Assembly: GCA_009602725.1 (NCBI GenBank)
Contig: WELB01000016.1
Coordinates: 869,790-933,789 of the forward strand
Origin: Spirogloea muscicola
Lineage: Eukaryota
DNA: 64,000 nucleotides
Reading direction: 5' to 3'
Shown here: piece after piece, positions 34,830 through 48,400 of the stretch
Position numbering within the stretch: position 1 is the first letter of the stretch
Layout: every line of letters begins with the position of its first letter
Notes under the pieces: generated by a model
What the model was told of the DNA's origin: nothing
Databases searched by the model: none
Seen by the model: the letters and a program-made list of their open reading frames with translations, nothing else
Program-made: the position numbers and the translations under genes

Positions 34830-37800
34830 CCCCGGTCCGGCGGTNCTTGCCTGGCGGCGGTGCGCGGCCCGGCGACGTTCGCGCAGGCCGACGCCGAGTG
34901 CCAGGTCCGGCAGCGAGCTCGGAGTCTCGGCTTTGAGGGCTCGGGCTCGACTCCTGCCGGCGCCTGTCGAGGCGGCGGCCCGTCTCGGCGCGGCCGTCTC
35001 AGAGCTGTGGCCACCTTCCGGGGCTCATAGCTTCCGCCGCAATGCTGCCAAGGGCGTCGCCGCGCCGTGGCCGCCAATGCCGCCACTGGCGCAGCCGTCT
35101 CCGGCGTCGCCGCTGACGGTACGCCCTCGTCTGTGCGGCAGCGCCACGGCGGCCGCCTGGCGACGCTCCCGGGCCGGGCGGCGCTCGAGGACGCAGCGGC
35201 GCTGTGCCGGGCACGGTGACGGTGACGGTGGCGGCGCCGGCGGGTGCCTCCTGGGCGCCACTCGAGCTTCAGCTCCAGTTGCGCAGCTCTGCGCACCTCC
35301 ATGGTGTGGCGGCGGCCTGCAGAGCTCGCGCTGTTATCCCAAGCTTGTATTGCTGAGGACCCACAATGGCTCCTGCTTGAGCCACAGGGCCGCCATGGTT
35401 GTGGGCCGAGCGCTGCGCCGCCTTCTCGGCGGACCTGTGGCTGGCTGCGCCGCCGCCGTCGCCCGCCTTCGCAGCAGCCGGTGAGCTCTCTCTGTCCCCG
35501 ACCTGTGCCCCACCGGCCACGAGCTGGCCACTCTGTAGCTGGCCTCCACCGAGTGCTGCTGCCCTGGGCCGAAGTAGTAGTAAAAGTAAGAAGAAGCTGC
35601 AGAAATTGCAGCATGATTTCTGTGGTGCAACGGCACCAATAACATTTGTGTGCGACGGCATACGATTATGTAGTTTTGTGAGGGTGTTTGCCGAAGCCGC
35701 CGCTGCTACCGCGAAGGCCAGAATGGTGGTGGCTGACACGCAGCGGTGTCGCGGAGGTGGTGGCGGCAGGATGAGCTGCGGCTGGCAGCCGCCTCCATGG
35801 CAGCAGCAGCAAGCAGCTGCACTCGTGTGGTGCCACGGCCGGCGCGGGCCGCCCCGGCCTATCTCCAGCGGCATGCGACGCGGCGACGCTTTTCATCTGC
35901 TTGCAGGCAGCCTGCAGCGCTGCAGTGCCGACGTCACTCGTCGCCGCTTCTCAGGGGCTTCCTACAGAGCTGCCCGCCCGTGGCCACGCCCTCCGGGCCA
36001 GCCGTGCGAGTAAGCGATGGCAAATGGTGGAGTTCAAGAAGAAGAAGAAGAAAAAGTCAAGAAGAAGAAGAAGTCGAGCAGCTCAAAGCACGACGGAAGC
36101 CCGCAGCACAGCTGCAACCACCACCCCGGTCGTCACCACGTCCGCTGTTCGGTGAGGGGGCCCAACCTTGCTGCCAACTCCATGCCATGAAGTCACGAGC
36201 CCCCGGCCTGGCCAATGTGACCAGCTGCGGTGACTGAAATTGGACAAGATGCCAGGCACTGACATGGCTTGCCGCTTGGCGTGCTACTCCCAGCCGCTGC
36301 GGCCGCCACCGCCATCAAGGAGGCCGCCGTCACCCAAGTTGCGGATGCCGCCACCACCAAGGAGGTCACCGCCACCCAAGCGACAGCCGCCGCCCTCACC
36401 TCCCCGCCCGTCGCCTCCGCCCAAGCCACGCTCGCCGCCGAAACCACGCTCACCTCCGCCACCCAAGACACGCAGCCCCCCGCCGAGGGGGCGACGGCAA
36501 TCACCGCCGCCGAGGAGGCCGTCCCCCCCTCCACCAAGATGGACCTTCCCTCCTCCCCTGAAGAAAGCCTCCCCATCCCCTCCATGTATCAGCAAGCAGG
36601 CCCAGGCAGCGGGCTCGCTACTGGCCTTCAATGCCGCCGTGCGCGACCCCCGCGGCTACCTTGCCAACTGGGTTGGCGCCACACCATGCGCCTGCAGCTG
36701 GACTGGCGTCTTCTGTAAGGATCAGATGAGTGGCCGCTACAGGTGTCCCAGTGGAGGCCTTAGCATTTGGGGCCCACACCGGTGGTCAGAGCTGCGGTGG
36801 TGCGGACGCAGCTGGTCGTCACTGGCCTGGACCTCAACGGCTTTGGCCTGCGCGGCTACGTCCCGCGCTTCCTCCGCAATATCATGGTGTGAAATACTGA
36901 GAGCTACTTTCCGAGCAAGTGTAGTTCCCGGTCTGCAGAAGCCCCCAAAACCAATATCATTCGAGTGCTTGGTAGCCCGTCCAGCTATGATGTCTGCCAA
37001 AGTGGCCTAAGCTATCAGCACGATACAGCATTTGGAAAGGACAGACAGGAAGAGTGGAGGGAGGTTGAGGAGCAGGGAGAATTAGAGGCACCAAGCTAGG
37101 GGGGATGGGAGCAGAGGAGAGTAACAGAGGCTGGAGGGAGGGGGGAGAGAGATAGCTCGGCAGAAGAGGGAGGGAGAAAGACGAGGGAGAGAGGTTGGAG
37201 TGAGGCGTTCAAGCAGGGGTTGAGGTCGGAGGACAGGAAAACGGCAAAGTGAGTAGAGGGAGGGACGGTCCTGGTGATGTCAACCCGTGGTGCATGTTCA
37301 TGTGACCCTTACGCTGTCCATGCTGGCCGCCATGCGCAGGACTTCATCCATGCAAGCCAGAACTTCTTCATCGGCACGCTCCCAGACCTGAGCGCGCTCA
37401 CCTTGCTCACAGAGATCGACTTTTCGCTGAACATCCTCTCGGGTCCGCTGCCGCTGTGGGTGACCACGCTGCCGGCCCTGCGTTTTTTGGACCTACGATT
37501 CAACAGCTTCACTGGCACGCTGCCTCCGTCACTCTTTCGCACAAGCCAAGAAGTGCTCGCCGTCAATGACAACATCATGACGCAGCGGATCCCAGACAGC
37601 CTGTGACTGCTTCCTGTCTTGCTCACGGTCCTGGCCCGCAACATGCTCAGTGGCCCCATTTCTGCCAGCATCAGGCAACTTGCTCTGACGCTGTCGGAGC
37701 TCGTGCTGCTCAACAACGGCCTCGTTGGCGGTCTCCCCCTCCATTGGGCAGCTTCGTTTCACTGTGGTACTCAACATCGCTGGTAACCGCTTCGTCGGGA

Positions 37801-39310
37801 GTCTCCCCCCCAGCATCTCGAACCTCACAAGCCTTGTCCAGGTCAGACCAGTGGCTGACTGCCTGCAACCCATCTAGTAGTCACCCCCACCATGCACAGG
37901 TCTGATAGTAGTTCTGACAATACGTGTGGCGTTGGTTGTGTCTCGCCAGCTGGATATCTCGGACAACCGTTTTGCTGGCAACATCACCGCCTCAGCAGTA
38001 TTCTTCCTCCCCAATCTCCAGGTGCTGCTCTTGAATAGTGCAGTAAACCCAAGAAGTAGGAAGCCATCAGATGTGTGCATCTCACACAATTGCATACTGG
38101 CCTGGCCTGCTTCCGCTTAACTAGGGTCAACAAGTTGGGGAGCCTGACCTTTCTGTCATTGTTGAAGAGATGGGCCTGGTCAGTCGAGGTCAAGTGTAAT
38201 TGCTGCCTCCTTACAAGTGAAACTCGCGTGTCACGTAGTCAGCCCATATACTCTAAAAATCTTGCAGCTCTTCAACTACGCAGACAACTTCTTCGTCGGC
38301 AAGCCGCCGCCAAATACGACAGTGGATGTCATCATTGGCGAGTATTGCAGCAGTGGGCGCTTCCAGTCATTTGCCCCGCCGCCTCCTGGTGAGCAGTCTC
38401 GATCACAGGTCACAGAAGGTATGTTGGTGTGCAAGTGGCATAGGTGGCATTCTTGTGCTTGAATATTTCTGGGCGGGATCAGAGAACTTGATAGAGTTTG
38501 CTGAGCTGTTGCGTAAACCGCATGCGCCAGAGAATCAGGATGTATGTCGCACGGCAAGGAGTACCAGCTACAGCTCACTTTGCTGCCGTTTGGTGCCGCA
38601 GCAGGTGCGCTTCCGCCGCCACCGCCACCGTCGCCACCGCCTTCGCTACTGCCGTCACCGCGCAGTCAGCTCCAATACCATCGCCGCCTCCCACGGAATT
38701 GTTGCCGCCGCCAGCCCCAGCTTCACTGTCATCACCTCCTCCTGAATCGCCGCCGCTCACACTGCTGCCGCCAGGCCTACGTCCACCGCAGCCGCCGCCT
38801 ACGGCGGTGCCCACGCTCCTGCCGCCTCCCCCTTCGCCTCATTTGCCGGTCAGCGTCCCCTTGTCTCCACCGTCACTACCAGTCGCGAGCCCTCCGCCAC
38901 TGCTGCCGCCACCTCCATCGCCTCCACCCGGGGCTCCCGCCTTCCCGCCGCCGTCGCCACTGCCGCCGCCGCCGCCGCCGCCGCCAATTGTGGTGCCCAC
39001 GTTGCCACCACCTCCAGTGTCACTGCCACCTCCACCGCCTCCCCTGCTGCCGCCCTTACCACCGCCACCGCCGCCACCGCTGCCTGTTCTGCCACCACAA
39101 GTGCAGCCACCACTGCCACCGCCACCGCCATCGCCACCGCCTCTGCCGCCTTCACCACCTCCGCCACCACCGCTGCCCACTTACTTATAACTGCCACCGC
39201 CGCCACCACCAGCACCATCGCCGCCGCTTCCGTCACCACCGCCGCCCCCATTGTCCCCGCCGTCTCCTCCACCACCACCGTCGCCCCCACCATCCCCCCC
39301 GCCAGCGTCT
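34830..39310 (+). pseudogene. Copy B: divergent inverted lectin-LRR-extensin paralog, pseudogene
   Basis: Homologous exons: CLAAVRGPATFAQADAECQ, WLWAERCAAFSADLW, DFIHASQNFFIGTLPDLS, LFNYADNFFVGKPPP, Pro block 38600-39300. No signal peptide. Frameshifts at ~35835 and ~37740; stops at ~37605 and 39188. Confidence 0.82.
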
Positions 39311-42300
39311 GGAGGTGGCGGTGAAGGTGGCGGTGAGGGCGGCGGTGGTGAGGGCGGAGGCGGTGGTGAGGGCGGCGGTGGTGAGGGCGGCGGTGGTGAG
39401 GGCGGCGGTGGTGAGGGCGGCGGTGGTGAGGGTGGCGGTGGTGAGGGCGGCGGCGGTGGTGAGGGCGGCGGCGGTGAGGGCGGCGGTGGTGAGGGCGGCG
39501 GTGGTGAGGGCGGCGGTGGTGAGGGCGGCGGCGGTGGTGGCAGCGGCGGTGGTGGTGGCGGCGGTGGCGGTGATGGCGGCTGCGGTGGAGGCAGCGACGG
39601 TGGTGGTGGCGGCGGCGGCGGCAACGGAGGGGAGGGCGGCGGTGGTGAGGGCGGCGGCGGTGGTGGTGGCGGCGGTGGTGGTGGCGGCGGCGGCGGTGAT
39701 GGCGGCGGCGGTGGTGGCGGCGGAGGCGGCAACGGAGTGGAAGGAGGTGGTGGTGACGGTGGAGGGGGTGGCACCAAGAATGGTGGTGGCAACGGCGGCA
39801 GAGGAGGAGGCTGTGGTGGTGGCGGTGATGGTGGGGGAGGCGTTGGGGGAGGAAGCGCCACTGTGGGCGACGGCGGCGGAGGCGGCGATTGGGCCAGCGG
39901 GGGCGGGAATGGTGGTGAAAATGACGGAGGTGGCGGCGGCGGGAGCTCAGGCGGCGGCGGTGGTGGCGCCAATGATGGCAGCAAAGGCGGGCTGAGCTGC
40001 AACGGCGACGGCGACGGCGGCGGCGGCAGGAGAGATGGGGGTGGGGATAGCAGTGGAACTGGGGGTGGCGGTTGCAGAAGTGCACCCACTGTGGCAGCAA
40101 AGGACAGCATGTGAGATGTAAACAGGTTGCTCTAGTGGTCAGCCACGCTACGGCAGATTTGGCACAGTTTGATAATAACAACATATAAGAGCGTGACAGG
40201 CTTATCTCGAACCCCTTCAATCATCCGAAGTAACACTCTAGCAGCTCTTGACCGCCAATGTGTCATACTGTGGAAGCCATAGAGAGGCCTAGACTGGATG
40301 ACAATTACCAGGAGGTGGTGGTGGTGGTGGTGGTGGTGGTGGTGGTGGCGGTGGCGGCAGCAACGGAGGGGAAGACGGCGGAGGTGATGGTGGAGGGGTT
40401 GGCACCAAAGATTGAGGTGGCAGTGGTGGCTGCGGGGGAGACTGTTGTGGTGGTAGTGATTGTGGCGGTGATGGTGGGGGAGGCGTTGGAGGAGGAAGCA
40501 CGACTGGGGGCGACGGCGGCGGAGGTAACGATTGGGTTGGCGGGGGCGGGAATGGTGGCGAGAATGACAACGGTGGCGGCTGCGACAGAAGAGGTGGGGC
40601 TGTTGGAGGCGAAGGCGGAGAGGCCGGTGATGCTCCAATAAGAGGCGACGGAGGTGGAGGTAGGGCTGGTAGTGATGGCAGTGGCAGCAAAAGACAGCAT
40701 GTGAGAAGTCAACAGGTGGTCCGAGTGGTCAGCCACTCTACTGAAGATTTGGCACAGATTGCTTAACAACATCTATCAGCGCTTACAGCCTTATTTCATA
40801 TTTCAAAGCCCTGGAGAAAATTTCGAACAGCTCTTGAACACCAATGTGTACCTACTGTGAAAGCCATAGAGAGGCCTAGATGACAATTACCAGGAGGTGG
40901 TGGTGGCGGCGGCAGTGGTGGTGGTGGTGGTGGCGGCAACGGAGGGAAAGGTGGCGGTGGTGACGGAGGGGGTGGCACCAAGAATGGTGGTGGCAATGGT
41001 AGCTGCAGCGGAGGCTGTTGTGGTGGCGGCGATTGTGGCCCTGATGGTGGGGGAGGCGTTGGAGGAGGAAGCACCACTGGGGGCGACGGCGGCGGAGGCG
41101 ACAGTTGGGCTAGCGGGAGCGGGAATGGTGGCGTAAACGATGGTGGTGGCGGTGGCAGGGGAGGCGCTTGGGGAGGAGACGATGACGGAGGGGCCAGAAG
41201 TGGCGGTGAAGTTGATTGCGGCAGCGGGGATGACTGGGGCGGCGAACGGGGTGGAGAAAGCGACTCCGGAGGCAGCAATTCTGGTGCGGGTGGAGGCGGT
41301 GGGAAAGGTAGCACTGGGGGCGACGGCTGGGTCAGTGGTGGAGGGGATGGCGATGGACGTGGTGTCGGCGGGAGCTCAGGCGACGGCGGGAATGATGCCA
41401 ATGGCGGCAGCAAAGGCGGGCTGAGCTCCGGTGATGGCGACGGCGGCGGCGACAGTAGAGATGGGGCTGTCGGAGGCAAAGGCGGAGAGACAGGAGATCC
41501 TCTACTAAGGGGCGATGGTGGTGGAGGTAGGGCTGGTAGCGGTGGCAGTGGCGGCGGACTAGACGTAGGCGACAGTGGGGATGATGTTGTTGGCGTCAAC
41601 AATGGGGATGATGTTGTTGGCGAGGGTAATAGCAATGGCGCTCGTGGAGAGAACGATGGAGGTGGAGGTGGCAATAGCAGCGGCACTGGGGGTGGCGGTT
41701 GCAGTAGTCCACTCACTGTGGCAGCAAAAGACAGCATGTGAGATGTGGTCGGCCACTCCACTAAAAACTTGGAACAGACTATATTTACAACAACTTACAG
41801 AGCTGACAACCCTATTTGAAACCCCTTCAATCATCCGAAGTAACACTTCGAGCAGCTCTTGACCATCAACCTGTACCTACTGTGAAAGCAATAGAGAGGC
41901 CTAGACTGGATGCCAATTTACCAGGAGGTGGTGGGCCAAACGCCTTGCAGTGACCGCTGCTGCAATCCTGGCCAATGATAATGTCAATGGTTGAATTGGG
42001 CGGCGGCTTGCCCACAAAAAAGTTGTCCTTATAGTTGAATAGCTGCAAGATAGAAGATATTTCCTTAAGCTCAGCACGCGACATGAGGAAGGAGCACCAA
42101 GTCAGCAGCCGCACTTGGCATGATCTTTGGCCATACCAACCAAGGAACATAAATGACCAGCCCTAAGCAGCTCGCCTCATGTTGCTAGGTCTGGGGAGAG
42201 ATAGTGTTGGTCCATCTGCAAACTTGGAATTCTTGGCAGAAGGCAACATGAGTGGTAGCTGTACCTGCAGATTGGGCAAGAAGAACACCTCCGAGGTGCT

Positions 42301-45178
42301 GATGTTACCTGTAAAGCGGTTGCTCGAAATGTCCAGCTGCAGGCCACGCTGCGAGTCCCATCAGAGCTGTTCAGGGCAAGAATGATAGCAACAAGTGTCG
42401 CAACAAGTCGGCCATTAACCTGGACGAGGCTTGTGAGATTGCCAATGTTGAGGGGGAGGCCGCCGTTGAGGCGGTTGTCGGCAAAGTTGAGTACAAGCGT
42501 GGAGCGGAGCTGGGTGATGGCAGCGGGGAGGCCGCCGATGAGGCCGTTATCAAGCAGCACAAGCTCCGACAACGTCGGCGCGAGCTGCCCAATGCTGGCG
42601 GGAATCAGCCCGCCGAGCGCGTTGTGGGCGAGAACGGCGAGCGAGACCGGGAGGGACCCCAGATTGTTCGGGATTGGCTCCTTGAGGGCATTGTTGTTCA
42701 CCGCGAGCACGTCCAGCCTCGTGCTGAATAGCGACGGTGGAAGCACGCCTGTGAAGCTATTGTGGCGCAGGTCCAGGAAACGCAGGGCAGGCAGTGCCGT
42801 GACCCACAGCGGCAGCGGGCCCGACAGGAGGTTGAGCGAGAAGTCAATCTCAGCAAGCAGACTCAGTCCGCTTAGATCTGGCAGTGCGCCGACGAAGAAG
42901 TTCTGGCTTGCATGAATGAAGCCCAGGTCCTGCGCACATTGGTCAACCAGAGGAGCCATATGAGCCACATGGACATGTCCGGAGATGGACACAGCTGACA
43001 ATGTCCTTGTCTTGCATGCCCCCACCACTCTCCCCTCCAGCCGTCTTCAGTGTCTGTCCCTTCCTGCCCTGCCCTTATCCTCCGGTCGTTCTGGTAGCGA
43101 TTGAGGTCTTGCAAGCCGCCAAGTCACACCAACAAGCTCGAGCTTGCAGGCTGTCTCAAGGCAAGGCACTGCTCATCCACGCTGCAGCAGAGTTGTGGTT
43201 ATGCATGCTGAGAGGAGAGCTCCTGGTGCTCACCGGGAGGTTGCGCAGGAACTGCGGAACGTAGCCATGAAGGCCAAAGCCGTTGAGGTCCAGGCCAGTG
43301 ACGACCACCTGAGGCTGCACCGCCACAGCTCTGACTGCCAGTCTGGCCCCAAATGCTGAAGCCTCTGCCGGGAGGCTGGCGGCGGCCACAGCCTGGTCCT
43401 CACAGAAGACGCCTTTCCAATTTGAGGCGCATGGTGTGGTGCCGATCCAGTTGGTGAGGTGGTCGTGTGGGTCGCGCATAGCGGCCTTGAACGCCAGTAG
43501 CAACACCCCCACCTGGGCCTGCTTACTGATAGAGGGAGGAGGGGGGACGGCCGTTCTAGGAGGAGGTGTGGAGGCCTTCACTGGCAGAGGACGGAAAGGC
43601 TTCTTCGGTGATGGCGGTGGCGCCGTCGGCCTCCAAGGGGGCCTGTGCGTCTTGGGCCGAGGCGGTTGTAGCTTGAGCAATGGAGGCGAGTGTCGCTTTG
43701 GAGGAGGCGAGCGGCGAGGAGGTGGTGGCATTGACAAACGCTTGGGTGAAAGAGGCCTGCTTGATGGTGGAGGCGACTGCGGCTTCTTCGCCGACGCCAT
43801 ACCTGTAGGGGGTGGCATCTGCGGCGGCTGCAGCGGCACCACAGTATGGAGCAGTATCAGTGTCGGCAATCTTCTGATATTCATTCCTGCAGCAGGCCCT
43901 ATCGTGTGCAGGCCCAGACTCTACAGACAAAGCTCAAGTTCCCACAAGCTCCCGGGGCTGCAACAAGCAGAGCGGGCACCCCTCACCAGGCAGCGGACGT
44001 GGTGGTGGCCAGGGTGGTGATTGCAGCTGTGCCGCGGTCTTCCATCGTGCTTCGTGGCGCTCGGCTTTTTCTTCGACTTCTTCTTGGTTTTCTTGGTCTT
44101 TTTTTTTGTCTTTGATGTCTTTGACTCCACTCTCAAGTGCCGCCGCTCACCACCACCACCGGTTCCATGGGCGTGGCCAATGCCAAGCGGCACCTTAAAT
44201 AGGCCCTGAGAGGAGGCACTGACGGCCAATGACAGCGTGGCGCTGCAAGCCGACTGCGAGCAGATGAATGGCGCTGTCGAGGCACACGCCACTGGGACCA
44301 GGCCGGCGTGGGCCTTACCGGCCTCTGGCACCACATGAGCACAGCGGCCTACTGCCTTTGCTGCTGCTGCGGCTGCCTGCTGCAGCTCGTCCTGCCGCCA
44401 CCATCTCAATGGCCGCACTGCATGCCAAACACCACAGATTTCAGCTGTGGGATCGTTCCCCTGCGGCGCAAGCCAAAGCTCGGGAGCGAGTGGGCGCCAG
44501 GTTGGGTGCAGAGGAGCTCACCAGTCGCCGAGGGAGAGGCTGCCGACGGCGTCGTGGTGGCCAGCCACAGGTCCGTGGAGAAGGCCGCGCAGGGCTCCGT
44601 CCATTTCCATGGCGTCCCTCCTGCCGAAGGGAAACCGCGGAGGCGTGCGTCTTGACGCAAGCGGCAGGTACCGGATCGGACGACACTGCAGCACGAGCTG
44701 ACGGGAGTTGCATACTGGTATGCAGGGAGCTGCGCACCTGGCTCTGGCACACGCGTGGCACCCACGAAGCACCCGCCACTCCCACCATCGCCAGTGCCGC
44801 TGGGTAGTGCACGGCACAGCTCAACGGCGTCCTCGAGCGCCAAGCGCCCCAGGAGCGTTGCCAGCCGGCCGCCACGTCGCTGTGCATGCAGACGAGGCAG
44901 GGCGTCAACGGTGGCACCAATGGTGGCGACGACGGCAGGGCAAGAGCTCTAGCGACAGCAGGTCGCGGCGGGAATAGGGAGACCTGGCACTCCGCCTCGG
45001 CCTGGCCGAATGACGCCGGGCCGGGCGCCGCCAGCAGGCACGCCCCGGAGCGGGGCCCCGGCGCGAAGCCCGGCAGGCAGGCGCCATCCCCAGGCGAAGC
45101 CGCCTTCCGGGCGCCGTCCGCCATTGCGGCCGACAGAATCAAGAGCACAGCAGCCGCCGCGGCCACCGTGACCGCCAT
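39181..45178 (-). CDS. Copy C: secreted C-type-lectin/LRR/extensin protein lacking the distal LRR modules
   Basis: ATG 45178 with signal peptide; lectin, Lys-rich, LRRNT and LRX-type LRR exons are open with GT-AG introns; three Pro-rich exon copies. The first stop (39181) is reached only after reading into the antisense strand of copy B. Confidence 0.6.
39320..39530 (-). repeat. 15-bp repeat encoding (SPPPP)n extensin pentapeptides
   Basis: (GGCGGTGGTGAGGGC)n on the plus strand, roughly 13 units. Confidence 0.9.
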
Positions 45179-45441
45179 GGCCGCGCGCGCCAAGGAGGCG
45201 GCTCTCTCAGTGTCTCGGCCACAGTCTCCCGGAGATGCGCCCGAGCCGGCCAGCCTGTGTCGCCGGATCTGGCCCATCTACAGTACCGCGATCTCTGAGG
45301 GGGCGGCCAGGAGCCGCAGTGACCGTCGAATGTGATCCTCCGGCGCTGCGCGAAACTCTCACGTTTCTCCGGGTCAACCGAAAGTCCGGCACCCTCTCGC
45401 GGGGCAGCTCGCCCGCCTTCCCGCCACCTCGTGCACTTGAC

Positions 45442-45450
45442 GCCACGTGG
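45442..45450. promoter_or_regulatory. G-box/ABRE-like GCCACGTGG upstream of copy C
   Basis: About 264 bp upstream of the ATG; same position in copy D. Confidence 0.4.
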
Positions 45451-45499
45451 AAGCTTGTGGATCAATCAAAAGTCTGGAGGTCCCCAAGCCCGGGCCTCT

Positions 45500-48400
45500 T
45501 CTTCCTTCCGGCTGCTAATCTTTCGGGTATGCGGCTCCTCACTCGTGGTTACTAAGTGACCCAGCCTACCCAAGGAGACTGAAACAGAAGAAAGACCCCT
45601 CCGGGAAAGGGGCGGTGGCTGGGAGAGGCCAGCCCAGGAAATAAAGTGAATGCTCTGAGACAGCCCTTTTGGCCTCGTTGCCTCATTTCCCCCCCCCGCG
45701 AGTCCTCAGCGAGCTCAGGCTCATGCGTTGCATCAGAAAGCTGGTCGAGCCTTAGCTGGTAGCTCAAAGAGCTTGTCGATTGCCGTCCGGTATTCGGGCA
45801 TCAGTTAGCGACCTCTATGTGCTGACTCGTGGTTACTGAGCGAGTCAGCTTAGCAGCAGGTAACATACATTTGTCAATGTGCTTGCCTTGTACTTGGCCA
45901 CACAGGCCCTCCCTTTCTTATTACACACTCCACTGCTGCTGCCCCATCCGTCTAGCAGCTCCAGAAGCGGACGCAGGACAGGTCGACAAGGCCCCCATTA
46001 TTGAGTGGCTCATTCATACCAGTTCTGAGATAGCGCTTTAGGCTCGCAGCAAGGCGGCCAATCACTCTGACCACCCGGCTGGCGACGAGTTCGTACCCCT
46101 GGCCGTGGACGTGCACGGGGGTCTCGGGTCCCAGTGGCTTGATCTGCTGGCTAGGCTTGTGCAGCGCGCTGTGTCCCGCAGGCGTGGTGCGCCGGCTGAC
46201 TTCAACGCCGCTGGCTCGTGGGCTCAGGTATATCGTATGCGATTGTCCGTCTCCCTTCAGCGGTCCATGGCCCACGCCTTGTATCTGCGCCATGCGGCTC
46301 CTTCAGACCTTGTCCATTCCTTCGGGCTGGCCTCTCACAGCCACCAGTCAATTTGCATCTGCGTGCTGGCCGTGCTCTCGCTGCGGCCTTCGGCTACAGT
46401 CAGGGGGATAGTTTTCCGGCAGCTAGTCTGTCGAGTTTGAGGCTCCTCACTCGTAAGTACTGAGTGGTCCATCCTCCCCCGTTCTGACATAGCATCTTCA
46501 GGGCCCCTTCGTAGCTGCTTAGCGCTTTAGGCCCCTCCGTCATTTGGCCCCTTCGAACCTCCGTCAATTCTTTTCGGGCTGGCTTTTCACAGGTCTATGG
46601 CCTGCGCGCTGCACCTGCGTGCCGGCAGTGCCTCTGGCTCTGGCCAGGGGACCCACTTCCAGGAGCCTAGCTTCTCTGACCTGAGGCTGCTTAGCAGGGG
46701 TTACTGAGTAATACGTAGCTGCTTTATTTCTTGTTGTGCTTGTTTTTCTTAGCGCTTCCCTGGCCCCCTTCTCGTACTTTGTTATTCTTTTTCGGGCTGG
46801 CTTTTCCAGCCCCTATCCTCAATGGGCGAGCCCTTTCTTGTTTTCTACAGCCCTTGCCCCCATTGGGAGGGCCACTTCTTCTTTTAGGCCCCTCCGTTAC
46901 TTGGCCCCTTCGAAGCTTTGTAAATTCTCTTCGGGCTGGCTTTTCACATCCCTTGCGCCCATTGGGAGAGCCACTTTTCTGTTGGCCCGCCCTCCCATAA
47001 TTTGGCCCCTTCAAGCCTCGTCAATTGTTCTCGGGCTGGCTTCTCACAGCCGTTGGCCCGATTGGGGGTGCCACTTCTGTTTCCCAGCCCGTACCCTCTG
47101 TGGTACACTCCCCATAGGCAAGGGTGGCCTTGGCTGCCGCTCTCTGGCTCACCTGGCTAGCGCGGCGCACCTGGGGTGTTGGGCCCAAGTGGCCTCCACA
47201 GTTTCAACGCGCTTCATCAGGAGAAGTCAGCCAGTACTGGCACCAGCAATAGCTGGCGTGGCAAATGGGACCCTGCCCTTTCAGACCTCCCTCTCTGACG
47301 TTCGCAGAGACCTTCTCCGTTCCTTCCCATCACATGCGGCAGATCAGGTCGACTTTGCGGCGTGGGCAAGATGCTCTGACCTGAAGGCTCCAGCTTCTCA
47401 CGCGCAGCCAATGAGCGAGCCATGAGCCACCTCAAAGCTTTGCTCAAGGAGGATGGGCGTGGGCTCTCTCGTCTCCACTCCATCAGCTCTCCAGGGGCGT
47501 CGGAGTGGCTCAACGCTTTGCCGATTTATGAATCCCTCCGGCTCTCCGACGACCTCTTCCGGACGGCTGTCCACCACCATCTCGGCCTCCCTCCACTTTG
47601 TTTGGCTGGCATTCGACAGTGTGAATGTGGCCATCGTTCGGAGGATGAGATATCTTTGGCAGCCCACATGCTTCAATGTTTTGAGGGAAGTGAATGTAAT
47701 GCTCCCACAATCTTCTCAGAGACGCTATGTATGGCTTGGTGCGCGAGGCATGCGGCCATGGAGGTGCCGGGCATCATGCCGGTGCTCCAGAAGCGTGGCA
47801 GGCCTTACGTCAGGCGTCTGGATGTGGTGGCCACCCCCCGGAGTGGTGGGCCTCGTCTTCTCCTCGACGTCATTCTTATCGACGCATTCCAACCAGGGGC
47901 ACCCACACCGACTGTGCCAGGTGGGGCGACACATCATGCAGAGAGAAAGGAGAGGAACTACAATGACCACCCCCGGGGCGACCACCTCTTCCCATGCGCC
48001 ATGGACATCTACGGCGACTACGGAACGAAGTGGTCTTCCCTCCTCCATCACCTGGCACTGCATGTCGATGCCCGCCGACGTAGTCGGGCGGGTAGCTTGT
48101 GGCATTCTAGCGTCCCGCAAGCCATCGTTGCATGCTATAGAATGCGGCTATCATCGAGTCTCCAGCGCTCCCAGGCACTCGCGATACACCAGCGTGCTGG
48201 TCGTGCATTAGCCCAGGCTAATGGCTTCCGTGGTGGTGGGTTGGCGCCTCAGTCTAGCTTGTCAGATATGCATGTGCTCACTCGGGGATATTCGTGTCCC
48301 CCTTAGCCAGCTCATTACCCAGTTAACAGGACATTTGTAAGGCTAGAATTGGCCTCCCTTGCAATTTCATGCGCACCGCGCGCCTTCTCTCCGTGGGCGA

